Program-made: the position numbers and the translations under genes
The notes under the pieces: model-generated
Database searches by the model: none
Seen by the model: the letters and a program-made list of their open reading frames with translations, nothing else
What the model was told of the DNA's origin: nothing
Part shown: piece after piece, positions 21,659-34,200 of the stretch
Layout: each line of letters opens with the position of its first letter
How positions within the stretch are numbered: position 1 is the first letter of the stretch
Source of the DNA: an uncultured Clostridia bacterium
GTDB taxonomy: Bacteria; Bacillota; Clostridia; Christensenellales; UBA1242
NCBI GenBank assembly: GCA_944383295.1
Contig: CALWOW010000020.1
Location: 1-56,173 of the forward strand
DNA: 56,173 nt
Reading direction: 5' to 3'

Positions 21659-21718
21659 AATAATGGCTTTTGCCTAAATATAAATTAAAAATTTCAAAAT
21701 TTAAAGGAGATTAATATT

Positions 21719-23551
21719 ATGTCTAAAATTATAGGTATTGACTTAGGAACTACTAATTCTTGTGTAGCAGTAATGGAAGGTGGCGAACCTGTTGTTATCC
21801 CTAATGCAGAAGGTTCTCGTACTACACCAAGTGTAGTTGCATTTACAAAAGATGGAGAAAGACTTGTAGGTCAGGTTGCTAAACGTCAAGCGGTTGCAAA
21901 CCCTGAACACACTGTTTCAAGTATAAAGCGTGAAATGGGTTCTGACTACAAAGTTAAAATTGATGGTAAGGAATACACTCCACAAGAAATTAGTGCAATG
22001 ATTTTGACTAAATTGAAAAATGATGCAGAAAGTTATTTGGGACAAAAGGTAACACAAGCGGTTATTACTGTTCCAGCATACTTTACAGACAGCCAACGTC
22101 AAGCAACAAAAGACGCTGGTAAAATTGCAGGTTTGGATGTTTTACGTATTATAAACGAACCAACAGCCGCAGCACTTGCTTATGGACTTGACAAAGCGGA
22201 AAACGCAAATCAAAAATTGTTGGTATTTGACCTTGGTGGTGGTACATTTGATGTATCAATCCTTGAAATCGGCGATGGAGTTTTTGAAGTAATTGCAACT
22301 AAGGGTAACAACCGTCTTGGTGGTGATGACTTTGACCAACGTATCATTGATTTGTTGGAGAAAGAATTTAAAGCGCAAACAGGTATTGATTTATCAAACG
22401 ACCGTACAGCAGTTCAACGTTTGAAAGAAGCTGCTGAAAAAGCAAAAATTGATTTGTCTGCTTCAACAAGAACAACAATTAGTTTGCCATTTATTTCAGC
22501 AGATGCAAGTGGACCAAAACACTTGGAATACGAACTTACTCGTGCAAAATTTGATGACATTACAAGTGATTTAGTACAACAAACTATAGATTTAACTGCT
22601 GCCGCTTTGAAAGATGCAAATCTTTCTAAAGACCAAATTAACAAAATTATTATGGTAGGTGGTAGTACCCGTATACCTGCTGTTTGTGACGCAGTAAAGA
22701 ACTTTGCAGGCAAGGAAGGTTTTAAAGGCATTAACCCAGATGAATGCGTTGCAATTGGTGCGGCTATTCAAGGTGGTGTATTAGGTGGTGATGTTAAAGA
22801 TGTTTTATTGCTTGATGTAACACCTTTGTCATTAGGTATTGAAACTTTGGGCGGTGTGTTTACTCGTATTATTGACAGAAATACTACTATCCCTACAAAG
22901 AAATCACAAGTCTTTTCTACAGCAGCAGACAATCAACCTGGCGTAGAAATTCATGTATTGCAAGGTGAGCGTGAGTTTGCAAAGGATAACAAGACATTAG
23001 GAAGATTTAACCTTACTGACATTCCACCTGCTCCTCGTGGAGTGCCTCAAATTGAAGTAACATTTGATATTGACGCTAATGGTATTGTAAACGTTAGTGC
23101 AAAAGATTTGGGAACTGGTAAACAACAACAAATCACTATTACTTCAAGTTCTAATATGAAAGAAGAAGAAATTAACGAAGCAATTAAAAATGCAGAAAAG
23201 TATGCAAAAGAAGACAAGGAACGTCGTGAAGTAATTGAACAACGTAACCAAGCAGATGCTATGATATTAGGTCTTGAAAAAGCATTGCGTGAAAATGGCG
23301 ACAAGATTAGTGAAGATGACAAAAAGAAATTGAATGACGCAATAGCAAAAGCAAAAGAAGAAATCAAGGCAGATGACAAAGACAAGATTATGAAAGCGGT
23401 AGAAGATTTGTCAAAGTCTAGCCAAGATGTTATAACAAAATTGTATCAAGCTAGTGCTGAAGCAGCAAAATCAACCGAAAACAAAGATGAACCAGATGTT
23501 GAAGTAAAAGATGCAGATGCAAAGAAAGCAGATGATGAAAGCAAAAAATAA
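21719..23551 (+). CDS. dnaK: Chaperone DnaK
   Basis: [35 protein letters not shown]. Confidence 0.99.
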   Translation: MSKIIGIDLGTTNSCVAVMEGGEPVVIPNAEGSRTTPSVVAFTKDGERLVGQVAKRQAVANPEHTVSSIKREMGSDYKVKIDGKEYTPQEISAMILTKLKNDAESYLGQKVTQAVITVPAYFTDSQRQATKDAGKIAGLDVLRIINEPTAAALAYGLDKAENANQKLLVFDLGGGTFDVSILEIGDGVFEVIATKGNNRLGGDDFDQRIIDLLEKEFKAQTGIDLSNDRTAVQRLKEAAEKAKIDLSASTRTTISLPFISADASGPKHLEYELTRAKFDDITSDLVQQTIDLTAAALKDANLSKDQINKIIMVGGSTRIPAVCDAVKNFAGKEGFKGINPDECVAIGAAIQGGVLGGDVKDVLLLDVTPLSLGIETLGGVFTRIIDRNTTIPTKKSQVFSTAADNQPGVEIHVLQGEREFAKDNKTLGRFNLTDIPPAPRGVPQIEVTFDIDANGIVNVSAKDLGTGKQQQITITSSSNMKEEEINEAIKNAEKYAKEDKERREVIEQRNQADAMILGLEKALRENGDKISEDDKKKLNDAIAKAKEEIKADDKDKIMKAVEDLSKSSQDVITKLYQASAEAAKSTENKDEPDVEVKDADAKKADDESKK

Positions 23552-23567
23552 TTAAACGGAGATTAAA

Positions 23568-24701
23568 TTGGCTCAAAATTATTATGAAATATTAGGGGTA
23601 GATAAAAATGCAAGTGCTGATGAAATAAAATCTGCTTATCGTAAACTTGCAAAAAAATATCACCCTGATTTAAACAAAGATAATCCAGAAGCTGCTACTA
23701 AGTTTAAGGAAATAAACGAAGCCTACGAAGTTTTAGGCGACCCACAGAAAAAATCAAATTATGACCAATACGGCGACGCAAAAGGTCCAAATATGAATGA
23801 CTTTTTCGGTGGAAGACAAAGTACTGGTAGCCAAGGCGGTGGCTTTGGATTTAACTTTGGCGATATTTTTGGTGACATTTTTGGCGGTGGCTTTGGTAGC
23901 GCTTCTCGTTCGAATTATGCAGTACAAGGCAAAGATATAAATGTAAAAGTTAACCTAACTTTTGAAGAAGCAGCAAAAGGTGTAAAGCGTGATATAACTT
24001 ATATGCGTACGCAAGAATGTAGCGAATGTAAAGGTACAGGTGCAAAAAACGGTACAGAATATTCTACTTGTACTGAGTGTAATGGTACGGGTACCGTGCA
24101 ATTTACACAAGATACAATTTTCGGTCGTGTAGTCAATAGTGGTGTTTGCAAAAATTGTAATGGTACAGGTAAGATTATCCGAGAAAGATGTTCAACTTGT
24201 GGCGGAGCAGGCGTGAAACGTGGTCAAAATACTGTTACGATTAACATTCCTGCAGGTATTGATGATGGTCAAATTGTTACCGTGCATGGTTATGGTGAAG
24301 CTGGTATTCGCGGTGGCCCTGCTGGTGATTTACAGATTTTTGTATCTGTCAATAAACACCCCTTGTTAAAACGTGATGGTTTTGATGTCTTGTTAGATAT
24401 TCCAGTGCCTTTTACAGTGGCTATGTTTGGTGGTAAAATTTTAATTCCAAGTCTAGAAGGTAAGTTGGAGTTAAATATACCAGAAAATACGCAAAGTGGT
24501 ACAATTTTAAAATTAAAAGGCAAAGGTATCAAGCAATTAAATAAAAATAGTTATGGTGATATGCTTATAACTGTGAAGGTTGAATTACCTAAAGTAAGTA
24601 GTAGAGCGAAAAAGGAAATTCAAACAATGCTTGATGAACAATTTCCTTTGGATAAATTTGATAAGTATAACAATTATAACAAAGCAGTTAAAAATTTATA
24701 A
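23568..24701 (+). CDS. dnaJ: Chaperone DnaJ
   Basis: J domain with HPD, G/F-rich region, four CxxCxGxG repeats. Confidence 0.98.
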   Translation: MAQNYYEILGVDKNASADEIKSAYRKLAKKYHPDLNKDNPEAATKFKEINEAYEVLGDPQKKSNYDQYGDAKGPNMNDFFGGRQSTGSQGGGFGFNFGDIFGDIFGGGFGSASRSNYAVQGKDINVKVNLTFEEAAKGVKRDITYMRTQECSECKGTGAKNGTEYSTCTECNGTGTVQFTQDTIFGRVVNSGVCKNCNGTGKIIRERCSTCGGAGVKRGQNTVTINIPAGIDDGQIVTVHGYGEAGIRGGPAGDLQIFVSVNKHPLLKRDGFDVLLDIPVPFTVAMFGGKILIPSLEGKLELNIPENTQSGTILKLKGKGIKQLNKNSYGDMLITVKVELPKVSSRAKKEIQTMLDEQFPLDKFDKYNNYNKAVKNL

Positions 24702-24798
24702 AAAAGAACCTTTTGGGGTTCTTTTTTTTAAAGTGGTTGTATTGACTTTTTGGGGTGTTAGTGCTATACTAAAAAGTAAAGGGAAAGGGGTTTAAATT

Positions 24799-25068
24799 AT
24801 GGCAAAATTGTTTGGTTTGAAAGATTTGTATGAAACTTTAGTTGATGATAAAAAGGTTAAAGATTGTGCAAGTGCCTTTGGTAAAGGTGCTCCTATAATG
24901 AGTGGGGTTGTGCAACATTATGAAAGAAAAGAGAAAATAAAAAAGCGTGGTGAAATGGAAGAACAAATTTTAATGGAAATGGAAATTAAAGAAGAACTTG
25001 AAAGAGAAAGGGAAAAGAAAGAAGAGATTGCAAAAATACAACAAGCACAACAAGAATTAGTTAGATAA
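24799..25068 (+). CDS. Hypothetical protein with charged helical C-terminus
   Basis: Own promoter-like TTGACT..TATACT, AAGGGG RBS, downstream hairpin. Confidence 0.65.
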   Translation: MAKLFGLKDLYETLVDDKKVKDCASAFGKGAPIMSGVVQHYERKEKIKKRGEMEEQILMEMEIKEELEREREKKEEIAKIQQAQQELVR

Positions 25069-25280
25069 GGTAAAAATTACCTTATTTTTATTTTTAATAC
25101 ATTTTTAAACCCTAACTATTCGCAAAAATTAATGCATAATACATTGCATAGTATATGATTTGTGATTTTTATTATTTGATTTTACAAATAAATGGGTTTA
25201 TGTTATAATTAAAAATCATATATAATGTATTTTTTTACTTTTTAAAAATAATACCATTTACAAATAGGAGGATATTAGAT

Positions 25281-26009
25281 TTGGCACGATTTTTTGTTGA
25301 TAAAGATAAAAAGCAAGACAATAAAATTATAATAGATGGCGAAGAAAATCAGCATCTTTGTTCTGTGTTGCGTATGCGTGAAGGGGATATGATTGAAGTT
25401 TGTTTTAATGATGGATACGTAAATGTCTGCAAGCTTTTGGAAGTAGGTAAAAAAAGTTCGATTGCGCTAATTGAAAAAAGTTATATGCAATCTCAATCTT
25501 TAAGCAAAATTACATTGTTTTTAGCATTGATAAAATCAGAGCGTTTAGATTGGGCTGTGCAGAAATGTACAGAATTAGGGATTGATGAAATTGTTACTTT
25601 TGATAGTGAATACTGTACTGTAAAAGATAAAGGTAACAAGGAAGATAGATTGCGACGAGTTGCTGTTTCTGCTTGCAAGCAGTCAGGTCGAGCGACAATA
25701 CCTCAAATTAGTTGTGGCTTAAATTTTAATGAAATGCTAGACAAATTAAAGGATTTTAGTCAAGTGGTTGTTGCCTATGAGAATGATAAAACAAGTGCTA
25801 AACAAGTCCTTTCTAAACTTGACAAAAATAAAAATACCGCTATCATTATTGGTAGCGAAGGTGGTTTTAGTCAAAAAGAGATTGGTGACCTTTTAAAAAA
25901 CGGAGCAAAAGTCGTTAGTTTAGGTAATACAATTTTAAGGGCTGAAACCGCTTGTGTAGCGCTATTAAGTGCGTTAAATTATGAATTTGATAATTGGAAA
26001 AGGAAATAA
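25281..26009 (+). CDS. rsmE: 16S rRNA m3U1498 methyltransferase
   Basis: H..SVLR, K.TELG, IIIGSEGGFS, LG..ILRAETA. Confidence 0.95.
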   Translation: MARFFVDKDKKQDNKIIIDGEENQHLCSVLRMREGDMIEVCFNDGYVNVCKLLEVGKKSSIALIEKSYMQSQSLSKITLFLALIKSERLDWAVQKCTELGIDEIVTFDSEYCTVKDKGNKEDRLRRVAVSACKQSGRATIPQISCGLNFNEMLDKLKDFSQVVVAYENDKTSAKQVLSKLDKNKNTAIIIGSEGGFSQKEIGDLLKNGAKVVSLGNTILRAETACVALLSALNYEFDNWKRK

Positions 26010-26014
26010 AACAA

Positions 26015-27298
26015 ATGAAAATATCAATGCTTACTTTAGGTTGCAAAGTAAATCAATATGAAGCAGATGAAATTGCTAGAATGTTAAGAAAGCGAGGACA
26101 CGAAGTATCTACTAATTTAGAGCCTAGTGATGTCTTTATTCTTTCTACTTGTGCCGTAACAAATGAGGCAGAGCGAAAATCAAGACAAATGATTGCAAAA
26201 CTTGAAAAAATATCGCCAAATGCCAAAATCATTGTTTGCGGTTGCGCTAGCCAAAATGATGCAAGTAAATTTGTAAATAAACCAAACGTTACTCTTGTTT
26301 TAGGTACTGCGGGTAAAAATTGGATACCTGATTTGATAGAAAAAACAGGTAATTATGTTGTTGACCCCGCTTTCGATTATGAGTATTTTGAAGAAAACAA
26401 TGAACGGGAAAAAGTAAAATCAAAACGCACTCGTGCTTATGTAAAAGTTCAAGACGGTTGCAATAATTATTGCTCGTACTGTCTAATTCCATATATTAGA
26501 GGACGCAGTCGTAGTAGAGATTTGGAAAGCATTGTAGTAGAAGTGTTTAGATTAGCGAAAACTCACCACGAAATAGTTTTGACAGGCATCAACATAAGTG
26601 ACTGGGGTAAGGATTTAGGAATGGATTTAGGGGTGTTGTTAAGTTCTTTATCAACAATAAATGCACGTATTCGATTAAGTTCTTTTGAAATGAATGTCAT
26701 AACTCCTGATTTAATAAAAATTATGACTAATATGCCAAATTTTTGTGACCATTTCCATTTAAGTATGCAGTCTGCTTGTGACAAAACTTTGAAAGCAATG
26801 AATAGACATTATACAGTGGCTGAATTTAAGAAAAAAGTAGAAATGTTAAGACAAGCGTTCCCTAGATGTGCAATAACTACGGATTTAATTATTGGTTTTC
26901 CTGAAGAAACCGATGAAGATTTCGCTGAAACATTAAAAAATGTACAGGAAATAGGGTTTGCGGATATGCATTTATTCCCTTATTCAATTCGTAAAGGTAC
27001 TGTTGCAAGCGATATGGTTCAAGTTGATGGTGAAACCGTGAAAAAACGAGTGATAGAGATGACCGCTTTGCGTAATAAAATGAAACAAGACTTTTTAAGT
27101 AAAGAACATGGAATGATTTACGAAGTGCTTTTCGAACAAGAAAAAGATGGATATGTTGTCGGTCACGCTCGTAATTTTACAAAAGTTTATGTTAAAAATG
27201 AATTAGCAAAGCCAAATACATTAGCTATGGTACGTATGGGGAAACCATATCAAGATGGCGTGCTCGGCGATTTTCTAAAAGTTTGCGAAGACGATTAA
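26015..27298 (+). CDS. mtaB: tRNA t6A37 methylthiotransferase MtaB
   Basis: TLGCKVNQYE, TCAVT, radical SAM GCNNYCSYC, C-terminal TRAM-like domain; follows rsmE. Confidence 0.93.
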   Translation: MKISMLTLGCKVNQYEADEIARMLRKRGHEVSTNLEPSDVFILSTCAVTNEAERKSRQMIAKLEKISPNAKIIVCGCASQNDASKFVNKPNVTLVLGTAGKNWIPDLIEKTGNYVVDPAFDYEYFEENNEREKVKSKRTRAYVKVQDGCNNYCSYCLIPYIRGRSRSRDLESIVVEVFRLAKTHHEIVLTGINISDWGKDLGMDLGVLLSSLSTINARIRLSSFEMNVITPDLIKIMTNMPNFCDHFHLSMQSACDKTLKAMNRHYTVAEFKKKVEMLRQAFPRCAITTDLIIGFPEETDEDFAETLKNVQEIGFADMHLFPYSIRKGTVASDMVQVDGETVKKRVIEMTALRNKMKQDFLSKEHGMIYEVLFEQEKDGYVVGHARNFTKVYVKNELAKPNTLAMVRMGKPYQDGVLGDFLKVCEDD

Positions 27299-27414
27299 TA
27301 TATTTTATATGAAGCTTCAAAATAATTATTTCAATGCTTTGTGCGTTTTTAAGTGCAAAATTTGATTTCGCAAATAGTCGTTGAAATGATTTGGTAAATA
27401 AAAGGAGAAATAAA

Positions 27415-27759
27415 ATGGAAAATTGTATTTTTTGTAAAATTATTAAGGGTGAAATTTCAAGTAACATTCTGTATCGAGATAATGATTTTGTAATATTTAA
27501 AGACTTAAATCCAAAGGCTAGATTGCATTATTTGGCTGTACCTTGCAAGCATTTTGCTACGCTTGCTGAAATGAATGAAAGCGACGCTACTATGTTAGGT
27601 CGTATTTTGGCAAAAATACCAACACTTTCAGACGAGTTAGGGCTTGAAAACGGTTTTAGACTTGTTATAAATCAAAAGGGTGAAAAAGGCAATGATGCAG
27701 GGCAAGAAGTAATGCATTTGCATATTCATATTCTTGCTGGCGAGCGTTTGGGAATGTAA
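27415..27759 (+). CDS. HIT family nucleotide-binding protein
   Basis: CIFCKI, AGQEV.HLHIH. Confidence 0.92.
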   Translation: MENCIFCKIIKGEISSNILYRDNDFVIFKDLNPKARLHYLAVPCKHFATLAEMNESDATMLGRILAKIPTLSDELGLENGFRLVINQKGEKGNDAGQEVMHLHIHILAGERLGM

Positions 27760-27761
27760 CT

Positions 27762-27959
27762 ATGGAAGAAAATGAGTTTAAAAACCTATTGCTCGGCGGT
27801 ACGGTGCTTTTTGTTACTTTAACTTGTGGACTGACCGTTTTGCGAGCGGGGGCGGAAAATGGAAATTTTACATTAGGTGCATTAGGAACAACTGTTTGTG
27901 TCGCTGGTGCAGGTCTAGCTTATACTATTTTTAAAAATACTTATAATCGTGAAATTTAA
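27762..27959 (+). CDS. Small hypothetical membrane protein (2 TM)
   Basis: ORF abuts the HIT gene; two hydrophobic stretches. Confidence 0.5.
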   Translation: MEENEFKNLLLGGTVLFVTLTCGLTVLRAGAENGNFTLGALGTTVCVAGAGLAYTIFKNTYNREI

Positions 27960-28112
27960 TTTTAAGAGTTAAACTCTAGCAATACTTTTTAATAAATAAA
28001 ATAAAAATTTTAATTTTTAATATTAAAACTTAATTTAACCTATCAATAAACAAAAAAATCTATGGCAGTTACCATAGATTTTTATATTTTAAAAAAATTA
28101 TTTACAAAAAAT

Positions 28113-28381
28113 ACTGTGCAACCTTTTTTGTTGGGGAAAGATTAAGCCGTTTTTTAACTTAATGCTCCCGCAAGGCAACCTTATGGCACATACGGCACAC
28201 TCCTTAGTGCTGCTTGCTTCCGCACCTGACACGGTTCGCAGGGCAGTATTGCACAAGACCTTAACGTTCATCACATTAAACTAAACACTTGCCAAACCAA
28301 ACACACCACCGAGAAAGGCATTCGACCCTACTAAAGCGGATTGTAGGTACAGGACACCGCTAGCTTCCCGTCTAGCACAGT
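28113..28381 (-). ncRNA. ffs: Large bacterial signal recognition particle RNA (with Alu domain)
   Basis: Minus strand has GAACCGTGTCAGGTGCGGAAGCAAGCAGCA (S domain) and 5' CTGTGCTAGACGGG...GTGTCCTGTACC; 5' and 3' ends pair (ACTGTGC/GCACAGT); upstream TTGATT-17-TATACT. Confidence 0.92.
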
Positions 28382-28657
28382 AAGAGCAGTATAACATAAT
28401 ATTTGTTTAAAATCAAGTAAAATCAATTATTTTTGCAAGAATACAATATTGTCGGTATGATTAATTTAAGTACTATAAATTCATATTAGGCGAAATTATG
28501 CAACATTATATCAAAATTTGACAATTAATTAGAAAGTTTTAGTGGTAAAAAAATATCGCTATAAAATAAAACGATGATAATTTTTAAATATGTTTTAATT
28601 AGAAGTGGTTGTTATTTTTTTTAAAGTGTGTTAGCATTAAAGATACGAGGTGAGATT

Positions 28658-30436
28658 ATGGAAAATCAAAAATATATTTGGGATTTAACTAAATTTTGTA
28701 AGGATGAAGCCGATTGTGAAAATAAACTTCAAGAAGTTGAAAAAGAAGCCGTATATCTTGCTAAATTTAAAGGGGAATTAGGTACACCAGATAAATTACT
28801 AGAATTTTGGGAAAAGTATTATCTTACGTATGATAAGTTTTGTACGTGCCTTATTTATGTAAATGCAGGGCTTGACACAAATATGGACAACGAGAGTTTG
28901 CGACTTTTACAAGGAAAGTTAGAAAATACTAGAAACATATTTGAAAGTAATTCGGCTTTTGTGGGACCTGAATTAAAAAGTTTAGGGAACGACTACTTGC
29001 GTTCGCTTAAAAGCGATGAGCGATTTAAAGAATGGGAATTGTATATAGATAATATAATTTTTACAAACGAACACACTTTAAGTGAAGCAGAAGAAAAAAT
29101 GTTAGCGGAAGTTTCAAACTTTACATACGGCTATAATGAAATAAACAAAAACTGTTATGGCGCTGATATTAAGTATAATGATGCAGTTGATAGCAAGGGG
29201 AATGTTTACCACCTAAACAGTGGCAATGTTTCAGGTTTTTTATCTAGTCCTGACAGGGCTTTAAGAAAAAGTGTAGCCGAAAATGTTCGTGAAGCATATT
29301 CACATTATACTAATCTAATGACGCAAAATTTTATTTATTATATCAAAACTGTAGTTACTTTAAGTAAAATTCGTAACTACAAATCTGTATTAAGTAGAAA
29401 TCTTAGCGCCTTTAGAGTAGATGAAAAAGTTTATGATAATGTTATAAAATGCGCTAGAGAAAATATCGACCTTCAAGCAATGTATTATAAAGTAAAAAAA
29501 GATGTGCTTGGCTTTGACGAAATGTATAATTATGATATATCAGCCCCTTTTGAGAAAAATACAAACAATTATACTTTTGAAGAAGGTGTGGATATAGTAA
29601 AGAAAGCTTTGAGTGTGCTCGGACAAGAATATGTTGATTTGATTGACCGTGCGGTAAAAGAGCGTTGGATAGATGTGTACCCACGCGACAAAAAACGCAG
29701 TTTCGGATATACATGGGGGACTTATTCACGTACATACATTATCCTTTTAAATTGGACAGGCGACATCAATGATGTATTTACGCTTGCTCATGAACTAGGT
29801 CACGCAATTCAACACTATTTTACAAATACAACACAAAAAATTCAAAATACTGACCAACCTATATTCTTGGCTGAAACCGCAAGTACTTTTAATGAAATTA
29901 TTTTAGGCAATTATTTATTGAAGAATACAAAAGACACAGACGAAAGATTTGTGGTACTTGGACATTTAATAAATGAAATTGTTGGTACGGTGTTCTCACA
30001 AGCAAATTTGTCTATGTTTGAAGATTTTTGTTACAAGACAATTGAAAATGGTGGCAACTTATCTACAGAAGTTCTTAAACAAAAGTGGCTAGAATGTATG
30101 CAAAAACCTTTTGAAGACATAATAAATTTAAGTCAATGTAATTTACTTGGTTGGCAAAATGTTTTTCATTTCTATAATCACAGTTACTATGTGTGGCAGT
30201 ACGCTCTTGCATATATGATTAGTGGTTATTTTGTAGAAAATTTAAACAATGATAAACAAAATGCATTAGAGTTATATTATAAATTTTTAAAAGGTACAAA
30301 CGAGTACTATCCAACAGAATTTTTAAAAAAACTTGGCGTTGATATTAACAGTGAAGAATTTTATAAACAAAGTTTTAAAGGTTTTAGGGCATTATTTGAG
30401 CAGTTCAAAGAACTTGCAAAAGATTACAAATATTAA
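28658..30436 (+). CDS. pepF: Oligoendopeptidase F (M3B family)
   Basis: WDL N-terminus, RWIDVYP, TLAHELGH, AETAS. Confidence 0.9.
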   Translation: MENQKYIWDLTKFCKDEADCENKLQEVEKEAVYLAKFKGELGTPDKLLEFWEKYYLTYDKFCTCLIYVNAGLDTNMDNESLRLLQGKLENTRNIFESNSAFVGPELKSLGNDYLRSLKSDERFKEWELYIDNIIFTNEHTLSEAEEKMLAEVSNFTYGYNEINKNCYGADIKYNDAVDSKGNVYHLNSGNVSGFLSSPDRALRKSVAENVREAYSHYTNLMTQNFIYYIKTVVTLSKIRNYKSVLSRNLSAFRVDEKVYDNVIKCARENIDLQAMYYKVKKDVLGFDEMYNYDISAPFEKNTNNYTFEEGVDIVKKALSVLGQEYVDLIDRAVKERWIDVYPRDKKRSFGYTWGTYSRTYIILLNWTGDINDVFTLAHELGHAIQHYFTNTTQKIQNTDQPIFLAETASTFNEIILGNYLLKNTKDTDERFVVLGHLINEIVGTVFSQANLSMFEDFCYKTIENGGNLSTEVLKQKWLECMQKPFEDIINLSQCNLLGWQNVFHFYNHSYYVWQYALAYMISGYFVENLNNDKQNALELYYKFLKGTNEYYPTEFLKKLGVDINSEEFYKQSFKGFRALFEQFKELAKDYKY

Positions 30437-30547
30437 TTACAAAAGTCTATGGAATCTCATAGATTTTTTATTTTGTCAAAAATATAGTAAAATTATTGTT
30501 ATTTTGTAATAAATATGATAAACTTAAAGAATATACGAGGTAAAGAT

Positions 30548-31270
30548 ATGGAAACAAATGCAGTAAGATTTATTAATGCTTATAACAATATAGACCAAAC
30601 ATTGAGAGCGGTGTACAATTTTAAACGCAATATAACTTTTAGCGATATGATAAGAAGAGCGGTTTCACTCAATAGCGTAGTTCGTAAATATGAAGACAAA
30701 CTTATTGATTATGCTCGTTTGCGTAATGCTATTATACATAACAGTAATGAAGAACGAATTATTGCAGAACCTCACGATGATGTTGTCGTTGATATAGAAC
30801 GTATTGCCGATTTAATTGCAACTCCACCTTTAGCATACAATGAAATCGCTACAAAGAATGTTTTGGTTTTAGATGGTGATATTTCATTAAAAAAGGCTAT
30901 CGAGACAATGTTTAAAACGGGTTTTAAAACCATACCTGTTTGTAGAAATGAAACAATTGCAGGCGTTTTAACGGCAGGTAGAATAGTAAATGTTTTAGGC
31001 GCAATTATTGAAAAAGGTGAAAATTTGGAAAATTTTGCGAATAGGACACCTGTTTCAAACGTTATAAGCGAACAAGATGTTGATAGGGTATTTACTATAA
31101 AATCAAAAAATCTCACAGTGCAAGAAGCTTTAGATTTGTTCTATCACAATAGAAGGCTGTTGGCTATAGTAATTACAAAAAATGGTAGTAATCTTGAAAG
31201 ACCTATTGGAATTTTGACTACAGCAAACACAATGGATTTAAATAAAGTTGTTGAAGACTACGAAGTATAA
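30548..31270 (+). CDS. CBS-pair protein with N-terminal HEPN-like (RxxxxH) domain
   Basis: LRNAIIH motif in a helical N-terminal domain followed by two CBS-like repeats. Confidence 0.7.
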   Translation: METNAVRFINAYNNIDQTLRAVYNFKRNITFSDMIRRAVSLNSVVRKYEDKLIDYARLRNAIIHNSNEERIIAEPHDDVVVDIERIADLIATPPLAYNEIATKNVLVLDGDISLKKAIETMFKTGFKTIPVCRNETIAGVLTAGRIVNVLGAIIEKGENLENFANRTPVSNVISEQDVDRVFTIKSKNLTVQEALDLFYHNRRLLAIVITKNGSNLERPIGILTTANTMDLNKVVEDYEV

Positions 31271-31298
31271 AAATTAATACATGAAAAGGACTAGAAAA

Positions 31299-34200
31299 AT
31301 GTTTGATAAAGTAGATAGTAAATTAAATTTACCACAAATGGATAAAAAAGTTTTAGATTTTTGGGACGCAAATAGCATTTTTGAAAAAAGCATAACAGCT
31401 CGAGAAAATGCTAAACCGTTTGTTTTTTATGAAGGCCCTCCAGGAATGAATGGACTACCTCACATTGGACACGGAAGCACACGAATTTATAAGGATACAG
31501 TTTTGCGTTATTATGCTATGAAAGGCAGAAAAGTTTTACGCAAGGCAGGTTGGGACGCTCACGGACTTCCTGTTGAGCAGAAAGCTGAAAAAGATTTGGG
31601 CATAAAAAACAAAGCTGAAATTGAAACTTTTGGCGTTCAAAAATTTGTAGAACAATGTAAAAAAATCATTAATTTGTATGAAAAAGAATGGCGTATTGCA
31701 ACTCGCAAATTAGGTTTTTGGGTTAATTTTGATGATGCTTATATCACTTGTAGCGATGATTATATAGAAAGTGTTTGGTGGTCACTAAAAAAATTATTTG
31801 AACAAGGCGACATTTATGAGGGATATAGAGTAGGACCTTATTGTCCTCGTTGTGGTACTAGTTTAGCAAGTCATGAGGTGGCACAAGGTTACCAAACAGT
31901 AAAAGACCGCACAATTTATGTTCGTTTTGAAATCAAAAATAAAACTAATTCTTATTTTTTAGCGTGGACAACTACCCCTTGGACTTTACCTAGCAATGTT
32001 GCGTTAGCGGTTAATCCAGAGATTGAATATATAGAAATTGAAGTTGAAAGTGGCGAACATTACATTTTGGCTAAAAACTTGGTAGGCAAACTTTTTGAAG
32101 ATTATCAAGTAGTAAGACAATATAAGGGTAAAGATTTGGAAGGAATGGAATATAAACCTATTTTTGATATTCCTTTAAACTTGTTAGAAAACAAAAAAGC
32201 GTATTATGTAACTTGCGCTGATTATGTAACTATTAGCGATGGTACAGGTATTGTTCACATTGCTCCTGCTTTTGGTATTGATGACTCAAATGTAGGTAAT
32301 CAATATAATCTTCCTTTTGTAAAATTAATAAACGACAAGGGTTGTTTTGATGAAACCTTACCAAAATATGCAGGTAAAAGAAATATTGTCGCAAATGATG
32401 AAATAATTGAAGATTTAAAAGCACGTGGTATTGTTGAGAAAGAACAGCTATACGAACACGAATATCCACATTGTTGGCGCTGTCACACGCCGTTGATTTA
32501 TTGCGCTCGTACAGGTTGGTTTGTGCGTATGAGCAAGTATCGTGAGCAAATGTTAAAAAACAACGCAACGGTAGATTGGCACCCTGAAAGCGTCCGTGAC
32601 GGTAGGATGGGTAATTTCTTGGCTAATGCTATTGATTGGAATTTATCTCGTGACAGATATTGGGGTACTCCTTTAAATATTTGGAAATGTGACAAATGTG
32701 GTAAGTTGCACTCTGTTGGTAGTCGCAAAGAATTGTGTGAATTGACAGGCAAAACCGAAATAAAGGATTTACACAAACCATATATTGATGAATTTACTTT
32801 CAAATGTGAATGTGGTGGGACTATGAAGCGTGTGCCACAGGTAATTGACTGTTGGTACGATTCTGGTGCAATGCCATTTGCACAATGGCACTATCCGTTT
32901 GAAAATAAAGAAAAATTTGAAGAGCAGTTCCCAGCGGACTTTATTTGCGAAGCTCAAGACCAAACTAGAGGTTGGTTCTATTCTTTGCAAGCAATCGGCA
33001 CAACAGTATTCAATACTTCACCATACAAAGCGTGTGTAATGAGTGGGCATATTTACGACAAAAACGGTTTAAAGATGAGTAAGTCTTTGGGTAATGTTGT
33101 AGATATAAATGGACTTATCGATAAATACGGTGCGGACACAGTGAGATTTTACTTCTGTTCTAATTCGGCTCCTTGGTTAAGTCAAAAGTTAGATGAAGAT
33201 GGTATTTTAGAAGTACAACGCAAGACAATATCTACCTTGTGGAATACGTATGCTTTCTTTGTTTTGTATGCTAATATTGATGACTTTAAGCCTACAAAGG
33301 ATATTTTATCTTGCAAACTTACCTTAATGGACAAATGGTTGCTTTCTCAATTAAATGCCTTGATGTTGAAGATTGAAAAATATATGCAGGAATTTAATTT
33401 CACAGACAGCACAAGAGCGATTGCAGATTTTATTGATGTTTTATCAAATTGGTATGTTCGCCGTAGTCGAGAAAGATTTTGGGTTGATGGTGTAAATGAA
33501 GATAAAACAGCAGCATTTAATTGCCTGTATCATACACTTGTAGAGTTAACAAAAATATGCGCTCCTTTTATGCCGTTTTTAAGTGATAACATTTATCAAA
33601 ATTTAACTAAAAATTGTGACAACGAAAAGTTAAGCGTGCATTTAACTGACTTTCCAACTGCAGATTTGGGTTTAATCGATGAAAAATTAAATTCTCAAAT
33701 GAAAGAAGTTATAGATATTGTTGCTTTGGGACGTGCGGGAAGAAATGCAAGTAATATAAAAAATAGACAACCTATTGCAAATATGTTTATATACTCTTCA
33801 AATAAAATTGATTTGAATGAGCAACTAATAGAAATTATTGCCGATGATTTGAATGTAAAGAATGTTAAGTTTATCGAAAATCCAACTGATTACATTAATT
33901 TTGAATTAAAGCCACAACTTAAAACACTTGGTCCTAAATACGGCAAAAATTTAAGTTTGATACGGGAATATCTCGCTAATTGCGACGCTTATTCAGTTGT
34001 TGAAAAATTGCAAAATAATGAGACCATAACAGTTAATGAAGAACTTGATATAGTATTAAATCAAGATGATGTTTTGATTTACCCACACAGCAAGCCTGAT
34101 TTTACTGCTGAAACAAATGCAGGTATAACTGTAATTTTAGATACTGTACTTACAAAGGAACTTATTGATGAAGGTAATGCAAGAGAGTTTATAAGTAAGG

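Noticed and set aside
25139-25232. Imperfect inverted repeat around the rsmE promoter
   Set aside because: Very AT-rich and gapped; cannot be distinguished from chance
28113-28381. GC-rich non-coding island as a novel RNA or riboswitch
   Set aside because: Explained by the large SRP RNA
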